64,000 nucleotides of DNA, from positions 25,039 through 89,038 of the forward strand of contig JBCNPK010000011.1 of assembly GCA_039593355.1 (NCBI GenBank), written 5' to 3'. A model generated the notes under the pieces. The model made no database searches, was not told the origin of the DNA, and saw only the letters and a program-made list of their open reading frames with translations. The translations under genes and the position numbers were made by a program. The stretch comes from Pseudoduganella sp. GTDB lineage: Bacteria > Pseudomonadota > Gammaproteobacteria > Burkholderiales > Burkholderiaceae_D. Below, in pieces: positions 36,769-44,593 of this stretch; position 1 is the first letter of the stretch; each line of letters starts with the position of its first letter.

Positions 36769-37385
36769 ATACTGCCGACCAGGTCCTGTTCCTGCTGAAA
36801 ACGCGCGGACCGCGCACGGCGCAGCAATTGGCCGAGCTGATGGAGCTGACCTCCATGGGGGCGCGCCGCCACTTGGAAGCGGCGCAAGAGAAGGGCTTCG
36901 TCACGTTCGAAGACGTGGCGGAAAAAGTCGGGCGCCCGTCGCGCCGCTGGCTGCTGACCGATGCCGGCCATGCGCGGTTCCCGGACCGCCACGCCGACCT
37001 GACGCTGCAACTGATCATGCAAGTGCGGGCGCTGTTCGGCGAGGAGGGCATGGACAAGCTGATTACCGCTCGCGAACAAGCCAGCGAAGCGTTCTACCGC
37101 GAGTCGATCGGAGAATGCGGCGCGTTGCCGGAACGCGTTCAAGCGCTGGCCCTGGCCCGCGATGTGGAAGGCTATATGGCCGAAGTCGAAGCTGCGGGCG
37201 ACGGAGCGCTACTCCTGGTCGAAAACCATTGCCCGATCTGCGCCGCAGCCCGCGAATGCCAGAATTTCTGCCGCTCGGAACTGGACGTTTTCCGGCGCGT
37301 GCTGGGCCCCGGCTGTGACGTGCGGCGCGAAGAACACATCCTCTCCGGCGGGCGCCGTTGTGTTTATCGGATCAAGCCCGTGTGA
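36765..37385 (+). CDS. winged-helix transcriptional regulator with Cys-rich C-terminal domain (ArsR/SufR-like)
   Basis: ATG 36765 overlaps the MFS stop (ATGA). N-terminal wHTH LFLLKTRGPRTAQQLAELMELTSMGARRHL; C-terminal cluster HCPICAAARECQNFCRSEL...GPGCDV...GGRRCVY. Confidence 0.7.
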   Translation: MNTADQVLFLLKTRGPRTAQQLAELMELTSMGARRHLEAAQEKGFVTFEDVAEKVGRPSRRWLLTDAGHARFPDRHADLTLQLIMQVRALFGEEGMDKLITAREQASEAFYRESIGECGALPERVQALALARDVEGYMAEVEAAGDGALLLVENHCPICAAARECQNFCRSELDVFRRVLGPGCDVRREEHILSGGRRCVYRIKPV

Positions 37386-37435
37386 CAATGTTTGCGCCGC
37401 TGGTGTAGAGTGGGGAAAACCCAACGGAGGCGCCA

Positions 37436-37693
37436 ATGGATGATGAAATCAGGCGGAAATTTGTCACCGAGGTGTGGAAGCGTTACGTCGAGGTGCAGAA
37501 CTGGGCCATTGCCAACTGGCCCGACCGCGAGCACCCGCTCAGCACCTCGGATTTCGTCGAGGGCCGGAAAGAAATCCTGAGCCTCGGCTTGCCCGCCAAC
37601 CTGAAACTCGGCCACGAACCGCCGCAGCCGGCACCCGAGCCGGCGCAAGGCGGCCCGCAATATCAGGAAGTGACGCCGGCGCCCTGGCCTTGA
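37436..37693 (+). CDS. hypothetical protein (85 aa, Pro-rich tail)
   Basis: GGAGG lies 6 nt upstream of ATG 37436. The N-terminal half is protein-like (MDDEIRRKFVTEVWKRYVEVQNWAIANWPDREHPL). I recognise no family. Confidence 0.45.
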   Translation: MDDEIRRKFVTEVWKRYVEVQNWAIANWPDREHPLSTSDFVEGRKEILSLGLPANLKLGHEPPQPAPEPAQGGPQYQEVTPAPWP

Positions 37694-38871
37694 GGGCGGG
37701 CCTGGCCATGGGTTGCGCCGCGATAGCTCGCATAGCTGACCACCAGGCAGGCGGCCAGGCCGAACGCCAGGTACAGCGCGCTGCCGAACAGCAGCGGCGC
37801 CACCAGTCCTGACACCAGTGCAAACAACATCATCTGCAGGAAGGACTGCATCGACGCAGCCAGCCCGCTATGCTCCGGGAACAGGTTCATGCCGGCCAGC
37901 GTCAGCGGCGGCATGGCCAGGGCCAGCGAGAACGAGAACAGGAACAGCGGCAGCACGGCCCACGGCACGGAAGCCGCAAAGAACCAGTTGTATGCCACAT
38001 TGAGCGCAGCGGCAAGTGCCATCAGGGCATAACTGAGGCCGATCAGCTTCGGGGGCGCCAGGCGGTGCGCCAGCTTGCCGCTTACCGTCGCCCCCAGCAC
38101 GTGACCGCTGATCAGCGGGATGAACAGCCAGGCAAAGGCGGTTTCCGGCAGCTTCAGGATCTCCATGATGAAATAGGCCGCTGAACCGATATACAGCGCA
38201 AAACCGCCGAAGGCAGCGCCCAGCGCCACCGACAACAGCAGGAACTGGCGATGCTTCAGCACCATCCAGTAGTTGCGCGCGATGGCGCCAAGGTGAAGCG
38301 GGTGGCGCTTCCCGCGCGGCAGGCTTTCCGGCAGCCAGCGCCAGACGGACACCCACATCAGCAGGCCGAAGGCGGCCAGGAACCAGAAGATCGAGCGCCA
38401 GCCGAACGTCACCTGCATCCAGCCGCCCAGCACGGGCGCAATGGCGGGAGCCAGGCCGAACACCATCATGATATTGCCGAGCATCTTCTGCGCTGCGATG
38501 CCATCAAAGCGGTCCTGCACGATGGCGCGGCCGATCACCGAGCCGGCGCCGGACGCCAGGCCTTGCAGGATGCGGGCGCCAAGCAGGAAGCCGAAGGAGC
38601 CGGCCATCGCGCCGCCCAGCGAAGCCAGGATGTACAGCACCAGCGACCACAGGATCACCGGGCGCCGGCCAAAGCTGTCCGACAGAGTGCCGTAAAACAG
38701 CATCATGAAGGCGAAAGTGAACAGGAACAGGCTCAAGGTCTGCTGGATCGCCATCGGGCTGGCGCTGAACGTCGCAGCAATCGCCGGGAAAGAAGGCAGG
38801 TAAGTATCGATTGCAAGCGGACCGACCATGGTCAGGCCGGCCAGCAGCAGGGTAAGCAGGATGTTTTTCAT
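37663..38871 (-). CDS. Bcr/CflA family MFS drug efflux transporter
   Basis: The N-terminal GPLAIDTYLPSFPAIAATF and GTLSDSFGRRPV motifs are characteristic of Bcr/CflA. Confidence 0.85.
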   Translation of the reverse strand: MKNILLTLLLAGLTMVGPLAIDTYLPSFPAIAATFSASPMAIQQTLSLFLFTFAFMMLFYGTLSDSFGRRPVILWSLVLYILASLGGAMAGSFGFLLGARILQGLASGAGSVIGRAIVQDRFDGIAAQKMLGNIMMVFGLAPAIAPVLGGWMQVTFGWRSIFWFLAAFGLLMWVSVWRWLPESLPRGKRHPLHLGAIARNYWMVLKHRQFLLLSVALGAAFGGFALYIGSAAYFIMEILKLPETAFAWLFIPLISGHVLGATVSGKLAHRLAPPKLIGLSYALMALAAALNVAYNWFFAASVPWAVLPLFLFSFSLALAMPPLTLAGMNLFPEHSGLAASMQSFLQMMLFALVSGLVAPLLFGSALYLAFGLAACLVVSYASYRGATHGQARPQGQGAGVTS

Positions 38872-38988
38872 GTGGTACCAGAGGGGTAGACCCGCTATTT
38901 TAAGGGAATCGCCTTATGCCTGCAGGGCATAAGCATTCGACTATTGTTTCTTTCGTTTTCCGGCGCCGTCTCGTTATGCTCGTGCCTT

Positions 38989-39912
38989 ATGGCTAACGAC
39001 TCTTACGGCGCCGCGAGCGGCGCAGCGCGCTGGGACCTCGACGAAGTGGTCCACCAGCTGCGCGTATCGCGCGAAGCGACCCACAATATCCGCCACCAGC
39101 GCCGTGTGCGCGAGCTGCCTTCGCGCGCGGAACTGGTGCAAATCCTGGAGGGCCTGGCCGCAGCGCTGTTCCCCACCCATTACGGGCGCCCGAACCTGAC
39201 CGACGAAAGCATCGACTACTTCGTCGGCGACACGCTGAACACCACGCTGGACCGGTTGAATGAGCAGGTGCGGCGCGGCCTGCAGTTTGGCGCCGTGGTG
39301 GCGGAAAGCGAAGAAGAGCAATCGCGTGCGGCCCACGGCATCACGAAAGCCTTTGCAGCCTCGCTGCCGCAGATTCGGGCCCTGGTGGTGTCGGACGTGC
39401 AGGCCGCTTATGCCGGCGACCCGGCTGCGACCTCGATTGCGGAAATCCTCCTGTGCTATCCGGGCATGGTCGCCATCCTGCACTACCGCCTGGCGCACAG
39501 CTTGCATACGCTCGGCGCGCCGTTCATCGCACGCATCGTCAGCGATATCGCGCATTCCCGCACCGGCATCGACATTCACCCGGCGGCGCGGATCGGCGCC
39601 AGCTTCTTCATCGACCACGGCACCGGCGTGGTGATCGGCGAAACGACCATCATCGGCGAACGCGTACGCCTGTACCAGCACGTGACCCTGGGCGCCAAGC
39701 GCTTCCCGGCGGACGAATCGGGCAACCTGATCAAAGGCACGCCGCGCCACCCGATCGTCGAAGACGACGTGGTGATCTACGCCGGCGCCACGGTGCTGGG
39801 ACGCATCACGATCGGCGCCGGCACCACGGTGGGCGGCAATGTCTGGCTGACGCAGAGCGTGCCGCCCAACAGCAATGTCTCGCAGGCCCAGATGCGCAGC
39901 GATTGCGAGTAG
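38989..39912 (+). CDS. cysE: serine O-acetyltransferase (long form)
   Basis: YPGMVAILHYRLAHSL...IDIHPAARIGASFFIDHGTGVVIGETTIIGERVRLYQHVTLG is the CysE hexapeptide-repeat core. Start taken at ATG 38989. Confidence 0.8.
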   Translation: MANDSYGAASGAARWDLDEVVHQLRVSREATHNIRHQRRVRELPSRAELVQILEGLAAALFPTHYGRPNLTDESIDYFVGDTLNTTLDRLNEQVRRGLQFGAVVAESEEEQSRAAHGITKAFAASLPQIRALVVSDVQAAYAGDPAATSIAEILLCYPGMVAILHYRLAHSLHTLGAPFIARIVSDIAHSRTGIDIHPAARIGASFFIDHGTGVVIGETTIIGERVRLYQHVTLGAKRFPADESGNLIKGTPRHPIVEDDVVIYAGATVLGRITIGAGTTVGGNVWLTQSVPPNSNVSQAQMRSDCE

Positions 39913-40015
39913 CTATTATCGAAAAAGTCGATCATTAGCGCGGATATTATTCGTTTTACACCGATCATTCGCCGCAGCATAATGGGCTACCACACTTCAT
40001 ACTGGAGCCCTCGCA

Positions 40016-40582
40016 ATGAAAAAACTGATCGCCTTTGCACTCGCCGCCGGTTTCTCCCTGGCCGCTTCGGCCGCACCGGAAACCTACAATATCGACACCA
40101 CCCATTCCTTCTCCCGCTTCGAGTACAGCCACTTCGGCTACTCGACGCAGGTGAACAAGTTCAATAGCACCGTCGGCAAGATCCAGATCGACCGCGCCGC
40201 CAAGACCGGCTCCGTGGAAGTCACCATCGATCCGAAGTCGGTCAACACCGGTTACGACACGTTCAACGACCATCTGCAAGGCCCGGATTTCCTTGATTCG
40301 GCAAAATATCCGGCCATCACTTACAAGTCCACCAAGTTCGTCTTCAACGGCGACAAGCTGGTTGGCGTGGAAGGCAACCTGACCATCAAGGGCGTGACCA
40401 AGCCGGTGAACCTGGAAGTCACTTCCTTCCAGTGCATGCCGCACCCGATGCTCAAGCGCGACGCCTGTGGCGCCAACGCCATCGCCAAGATCAAGCGCTC
40501 CGATTTCGGCGCCGGCAAATACGCGCCATACGTCGGCGACGACGTCACCCTGGGCTTCTCGGTGGAAGCGATCAAGGAGTAA
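40016..40582 (+). CDS. YceI family periplasmic polyisoprenoid-binding protein
   Basis: Signal peptide plus YNIDTTHSFSRFEYSHFGYST...LTIKGVTKPVNLEV...IKRSDFG, the YceI pattern. Confidence 0.85.
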   Translation: MKKLIAFALAAGFSLAASAAPETYNIDTTHSFSRFEYSHFGYSTQVNKFNSTVGKIQIDRAAKTGSVEVTIDPKSVNTGYDTFNDHLQGPDFLDSAKYPAITYKSTKFVFNGDKLVGVEGNLTIKGVTKPVNLEVTSFQCMPHPMLKRDACGANAIAKIKRSDFGAGKYAPYVGDDVTLGFSVEAIKE

Positions 40583-40586
40583 ATCC

Positions 40587-42347
40587 ATGAAACGACCGCT
40601 GCTGGCCGCAGCCTTGCTGGCTGCCGGTCTGTCGCCGGCATATGCGACGGACATGATCATCACCAATGGCAAGGTCGCCACCATGACGCGTGAAGGCAGC
40701 TTTGCGCAGGCGGTGGCGATCAAGGACGGCGTCATTACCTCGGTGGGCAGCAATGCCCAGGTGCTCAAGCTGAAGAAGCCCGGCACCCAGGTGATCGACG
40801 CCGGCGGCCGCACGGTCGTTCCTGGATTGAACGACTCCCACCTCCACATCATCCGCGAAGGCTTGAACTACAACGCGGAACTGCGCTGGGACGGCGTAAC
40901 GTCGCTCAAGCGCGCCATGCAGATGCTGCGCGAGCAGGCCGCCCGCACGCCGGACGGCGCATGGATCAAGGTGGTGGGCGGGTTCAACGAATTCCAGTTC
41001 GAGGAAAAACGCCTGCCAACGCTGGAAGAAATCAACGAGGCAGTGCCGGACAAGCCGGTGTTCATCCTCTACCTGTACGGCTTAGGCTTCGTGAACCGCA
41101 AGGGCATTGAAGTCCTGGGCTACGACAAGGACACCAGATACAAGGACGGCGAAGTGGAGCTGGGCGCGGACGGCAAGCCCACCGGCCTGCTGGTCGCCAA
41201 GCCGAACGCCATGGTCCTGTACTCCACGCTAGGCAAGACCGGCGCGCTGCCGCGCGAGCAGCAGCTGAACTCCACCATCCAGTACTACCGCGAGATGAAC
41301 CGCCTGGGCGTGACCAGCGCCATCGACGCCGGCGGCGGCGGGCAGGCCTATCCCGACGACTACGCCGTCAGCCTGGAGCTGGCCAAGGACGGCAAGCTCA
41401 CCGTGCGCACCTCCTACTACCTGTTCGCGCAAAAGCCGGGCAAGGAGCTGGAGGACTACCAGCGCTGGCTCACCATGACCAAGCCGGACCGCAACGAGCA
41501 TATGTTCTACCCGAACGGCTATAACACGGAAGGGGCAGGGGAGAACCTGGTCTGGAGCGCGGCCGACTTCGAGAATTTCCTCGAGCCGCGCCCCGACATG
41601 CCGGCCCAGATGGAAAGCGAACTCGAACCGGTGCTGCGCCTGCTGGTGAAGAACCGCTGGCCATTCCGCATTCACGCCACCTATGGCGAATCGATCGAAC
41701 GCGACCTGGCCGTGATCGAGAAGGTCAACCGCGAGATGCCGTTCAACGGCTTGCGCTGGTTCTTCGACCATGCCGAAACCATCAGCGACGCCCAGCTGGC
41801 GCGCGTGAAAAAGCTCGGCGGCGGCATTGCGGTGCAGGACCGCATGTATTTCCAGGGTGAGCACTACTGGAAGCGCTACGGCGCGCAAACGCGGCAGATG
41901 CCGCCGATCCGCAAGATGCTGGACATGAAGCTTCCGGTCGGCCTGGGTACGGACGGCACGCGCGTCTCGAGCTACGGACCCTGGCCATCGATCTACTGGG
42001 CGGTGACCGGCAAGAGCGCCGGCGGCCTGTCGATGTGGCAGCCGAAAGACCGGCTGACCCGTTACGAAGCGCTCAAGCTGATGACCCAGGGCAGCGCCTG
42101 GTTCAGCGGCGAAGACAAGCTGAAGGGCCAGATCGCCAAGGGCCAGTATGCCGACCTGGTCATACTGCCGAAGGACTACTTCAGCATTCCCGAAGCCGAC
42201 ATCAAGACGCTCGAGAGCGCGCTGACCATCGTGAACGGCCGCATCGTCCACGCCGGCCCCGATTTTGGCCAATACAGCCCCGAACTGCCCTCGGTCCAGC
42301 CCGATTGGAGCCCCGTCAAGCACTACGGCGGCTACCAGAACCGCTAG
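40587..42347 (+). CDS. secreted amidohydrolase family protein (Amidohydro_3/YtcJ-like)
   Basis: ATG 40587 lies 2 nt after the yceI stop. Signal MKRPLLAAALLAAGLSPAYA, then ITNGKVATM...DAGGRTVVPGLNDSHLHI (metal-binding HxH). Confidence 0.85.
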   Translation: MKRPLLAAALLAAGLSPAYATDMIITNGKVATMTREGSFAQAVAIKDGVITSVGSNAQVLKLKKPGTQVIDAGGRTVVPGLNDSHLHIIREGLNYNAELRWDGVTSLKRAMQMLREQAARTPDGAWIKVVGGFNEFQFEEKRLPTLEEINEAVPDKPVFILYLYGLGFVNRKGIEVLGYDKDTRYKDGEVELGADGKPTGLLVAKPNAMVLYSTLGKTGALPREQQLNSTIQYYREMNRLGVTSAIDAGGGGQAYPDDYAVSLELAKDGKLTVRTSYYLFAQKPGKELEDYQRWLTMTKPDRNEHMFYPNGYNTEGAGENLVWSAADFENFLEPRPDMPAQMESELEPVLRLLVKNRWPFRIHATYGESIERDLAVIEKVNREMPFNGLRWFFDHAETISDAQLARVKKLGGGIAVQDRMYFQGEHYWKRYGAQTRQMPPIRKMLDMKLPVGLGTDGTRVSSYGPWPSIYWAVTGKSAGGLSMWQPKDRLTRYEALKLMTQGSAWFSGEDKLKGQIAKGQYADLVILPKDYFSIPEADIKTLESALTIVNGRIVHAGPDFGQYSPELPSVQPDWSPVKHYGGYQNR

Positions 42348-42358
42348 TTAGTCGGGGG

Positions 42359-42423
42359 CAGCTCCGGCAAAAAAAGGGGACGTACCCCTTTAAAAGGGTA
42401 CGTCCCCTTTTTTGCCGGAGCTG
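42359..42423. repeat. 65-bp perfect palindrome with AAAAAGGGGACGTA core; bidirectional terminator-like element
   Basis: CAGCTCCGGCAAAAAAAGGGGACGTACCCCTTTAAAAGGGTACGTCCCCTTTTTTGCCGGAGCTG. The inner GC hairpin is followed by a T-run on both strands. It begins 12 nt after the amidohydrolase stop and shares its core with the element at 61292-61357. Confidence 0.8.
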
Positions 42424-42499
42424 ACCCCGAATTCACATTGACTTATTGGAGACTTGGTTAATACTTCCTTGACCGCCCACCCACCGCCGAAGGTGCTTT

Positions 42500-42703
42500 A
42501 TGGATCTGCTGCAATTCCTGCCCCGCGTCGATGCGGCGCGTAGTGAAATCGTTGACCGTGGCATTGAGGTGCAGGCGAGCTTCAGCACGCTATGCGCGGT
42601 GGAGTATCTGAAGTCCCACAACATCGCTTCCCACATCATCCAGCGCGTCTTGCTGCAACCTGCCAAAAGGCGTGCGGCGGCCCGGGTTATGCACAAGAAT
42701 TAA
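42500..42703 (+). CDS. hypothetical small protein (67 aa)
   Basis: ATG with GAAGG upstream. G/C-rich third codon positions (counted by eye) favour this strand over the overlapping minus-strand ORF. I recognise no family. Confidence 0.4.
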   Translation: MDLLQFLPRVDAARSEIVDRGIEVQASFSTLCAVEYLKSHNIASHIIQRVLLQPAKRRAAARVMHKN

Positions 42704-42761
42704 CGGGAAGTAACGCGCGACTTTAATTAGTTAAAGATCCCGGGTGAGAATTTGTGAGATT

Positions 42762-42894
42762 CTAAGTCATTGATTTTCAATGTGATTTTTTCTGCACATT
42801 GAACAGGCAGTTTGTTGGAAATGGCGTCGTTGAGGGCTGTTTGCCTTGTCAAGCCCCCCTTATCAACAAAGATATCCACAAACAATGTGGATAA
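42762..42894. promoter_or_regulatory. AT-rich module A (copy of module B) ending in a triad of DnaA-box-like 9-mers
   Basis: It starts CTAAGTCATTGATTTT, contains GGCGTCGTTGAGGGC, and ends TTATCAACA (42860-42868), ATATCCACA (42872-42880) and the inverted TGTGGATAA (42886-42894, a perfect TTATCCACA on the minus strand). Confidence 0.55.
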
Positions 42895-42989
42895 TCGGAA
42901 AAGCCCTTTTCAATCCGCCACTTACGCTATTTTGGCCGGTTTTAGTGGTCAATTAGCAGGGAAATAAGAACTGTACGTGCATACAGTAC

Positions 42990-43682
42990 TTATTTCAGAA
43001 TGTGTCCCGAAGCCTTGAAACTGCCCGGTTCGGCGCCTGGTTGCACCTGGATATCCACAGTTGAGGCTGGCTGGCCGATGACCAGCTTGCCCGACCAGGC
43101 TTCGCCTTTTTGCAGGCCCGCCAGGATCGCCGCAAATTGCTCGCGGTGGGCGGTGTATTGCGCCAGCTGGGCCTGCAGGGTTTGCAGGTCGGAGTAGTTG
43201 CGCAGTGAGGAAATCACCGTGGTAAACAGCTTGCGCGTGGTGAGGTCGGTCTTGCACCAGAAATCGTTGATGTCGTAGTCGAGAATGATGCTGTGCTCGA
43301 GCGCCTGGCCCGGCTGGCCGGTACGCAGCACGATGCGCACCAGTTCATTCTTCAGTTCCGAGCGGATCTGGCTGGCGACGCGCAGACCAGCATCGCTGGT
43401 CTCCATGATCACGTCCAGCAGCACCAGGGCTACATCGGGATTGTTGCGCAGGGTGGTCAGGGCTTCTTCGCCGGAATAGGCGTGCAGGAAGCTGAGGCGG
43501 CGCCCCATGAAAACGGCATTGCTGAGGGAAAACTTGGTGACGACGTGGACGTCGACGTCGTCATCGACGATCAGGACCCGCCAGGGGGCGGGATTGGCGC
43601 CGGGGGCCTGCTCGGCGGAATTCGCTTGCGCCTCGTCGTCGATCATCCATCCAGCGTCGTCGTCAGGAGCTTTCACGTCCAT
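42990..43682 (-). CDS. response regulator, receiver of the DUF3369-associated type, without a recognisable output domain
   Basis: Start at ATG 43682 (AAAGGAAAA upstream). The REC core VLIVDDDVDVHVVTKFSL...LLDVIMETSDAGLRV...IVLRTGQPGQALEHSIILDYDINDFWCKTDLTTRKLFTTV matches receivers usually fused to DUF3369/HD-GYP. Here only about 55 further residues follow. Confidence 0.75.
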   Translation of the reverse strand: MDVKAPDDDAGWMIDDEAQANSAEQAPGANPAPWRVLIVDDDVDVHVVTKFSLSNAVFMGRRLSFLHAYSGEEALTTLRNNPDVALVLLDVIMETSDAGLRVASQIRSELKNELVRIVLRTGQPGQALEHSIILDYDINDFWCKTDLTTRKLFTTVISSLRNYSDLQTLQAQLAQYTAHREQFAAILAGLQKGEAWSGKLVIGQPASTVDIQVQPGAEPGSFKASGHILK

Positions 43683-43787
43683 GCATTTTCCTTTATCGAT
43701 TGTGGACACACTATTCTGCGGCACCAGTTTTGTCAAAATATTTTCCAGACGCTCAGTGAGTTGCAAAAAGGCATACACACCGAACTG

Positions 43788-43921
43788 CTAAGTCTTTGAT
43801 TTTATTGAGACTAATTAATTGCCAAAGAAATGGGCAATTTATTGAAAGCCGCGTCGTTACAGGCGAAACGGGTCGCCAGGGCCAGCTTTTCCACACGTTT
43901 ATCCACAGTAGAAGTGGATAA
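43788..43921. promoter_or_regulatory. AT-rich module B upstream of the response regulator, ending in a triad of DnaA-box-like 9-mers
   Basis: It starts CTAAGTCTTTGATTTT, contains CGCGTCGTTACAGGC, and ends TTTTCCACA (43887-43895), TTATCCACA (43899-43907, perfect) and the inverted AGTGGATAA (43913-43921). The 3-nt and 5-nt gaps are the same as in module A. Confidence 0.55.
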
Positions 43922-43972
43922 CTGAAATTTCGTGTTTAAAAACTTCGTATTACGGCAATTTTATCATCTGGA

Positions 43973-44593
43973 CTATGAAGCCGCCGCCTTGAGACGGTTC
44001 AATTCATTAAGGAAGCGTTCGCAAGCCAGTGCCGGTGGCCACGGTTCCCAGGCCGGTTCGCCGTATAAGGGCTGCAACGGATCTTCATCCAGAGGCACGG
44101 CAGTGATCTTCAATGTGCGCCGCACTTCCTCGCCGCTCCAGCCCACCACGTGCACGGCTTCGCTGGCGGCCGCCAGGCGGTCGGCGCGCTTGTGCACCTG
44201 GTATTCCTTCGGCGTCCACGCCGGCAGGCCGTAGCGCAGGAAAACGGCTTGCTCCAGCCGCTGGCTCAACTCGCGGAAGCTGTCTCCCAGGAAGGGCTTC
44301 AGCACCGAGATGCAGTCAAAGCCCAGCAAGCCTTCTTCGGCATCGTGCAGCAGTTCGCGCAGGCAGCGCAGGGGATCGAGGGGAACGGGCGACCACAGCC
44401 GGCGCAACTCCAGCACCGTGAGCGAATGCTGCGCCACCGACAGCGGCAGCGGCCAGGCGGAATGGCCGCCCCAGCGATAGGTGCGCGCCAGGCCCAGCGC
44501 GAGGTCGGCATCGTCCCAATCGAAGGGCGTGGGGTCGAGCAAGTCCAGCCGGCGGCCGGACGGCATGCGCACCCAGGCGCGTTGTGTCGTCAT
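43973..44593 (-). CDS. HD-domain phosphohydrolase (YfbR-like)
   Basis: ATG 44593 overlaps the kinase stop (ATGA). It has the H...HD metal motif (SVAQHSL ... LLHDAEEGLLGFD) and a distal D (HKRADRLAA). Confidence 0.7.
   Translation of the reverse strand: MTTQRAWVRMPSGRRLDLLDPTPFDWDDADLALGLARTYRWGGHSAWPLPLSVAQHSLTVLELRRLWSPVPLDPLRCLRELLHDAEEGLLGFDCISVLKPFLGDSFRELSQRLEQAVFLRYGLPAWTPKEYQVHKRADRLAAASEAVHVVGWSGEEVRRTLKITAVPLDEDPLQPLYGEPAWEPWPPALACERFLNELNRLKAAAS

Noticed and set aside
42433-42696. 87-aa minus-strand ORF downstream of module A, which would parallel the response regulator downstream of module B
   Set aside because: It has a TTG start without a ribosome-binding site and a Trp/Cys/Arg-rich, implausible translation. 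The overlapping plus-strand 67-aa ORF has better third-position G/C bias and a GAAGG upstream. Non-coding antisense transcription remains possible.
42962-42995. 14-bp-stem hairpin (AAATAAGAACTGTA...TACAGTACTTATTT) overlapping the response regulator stop codon, considered as a terminator
   Set aside because: No U-run follows it on either strand, so it does not meet the intrinsic terminator pattern. It could still be an RNA stability element, but I cannot support a call.
42762-43921. The chromosomal replication origin (oriC), suggested by perfect DnaA boxes in AT-rich DNA
   Set aside because: There are only two three-box clusters, and they are separated by a coding gene. I could not identify a repeated AT-rich 13-mer unwinding element, and none of the usual origin-linked genes (dnaA, dnaN, gyrB, rpmH, gidA/mnmG, parAB) is in the window. 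I keep it as a DnaA-box or operator finding, not as oriC.
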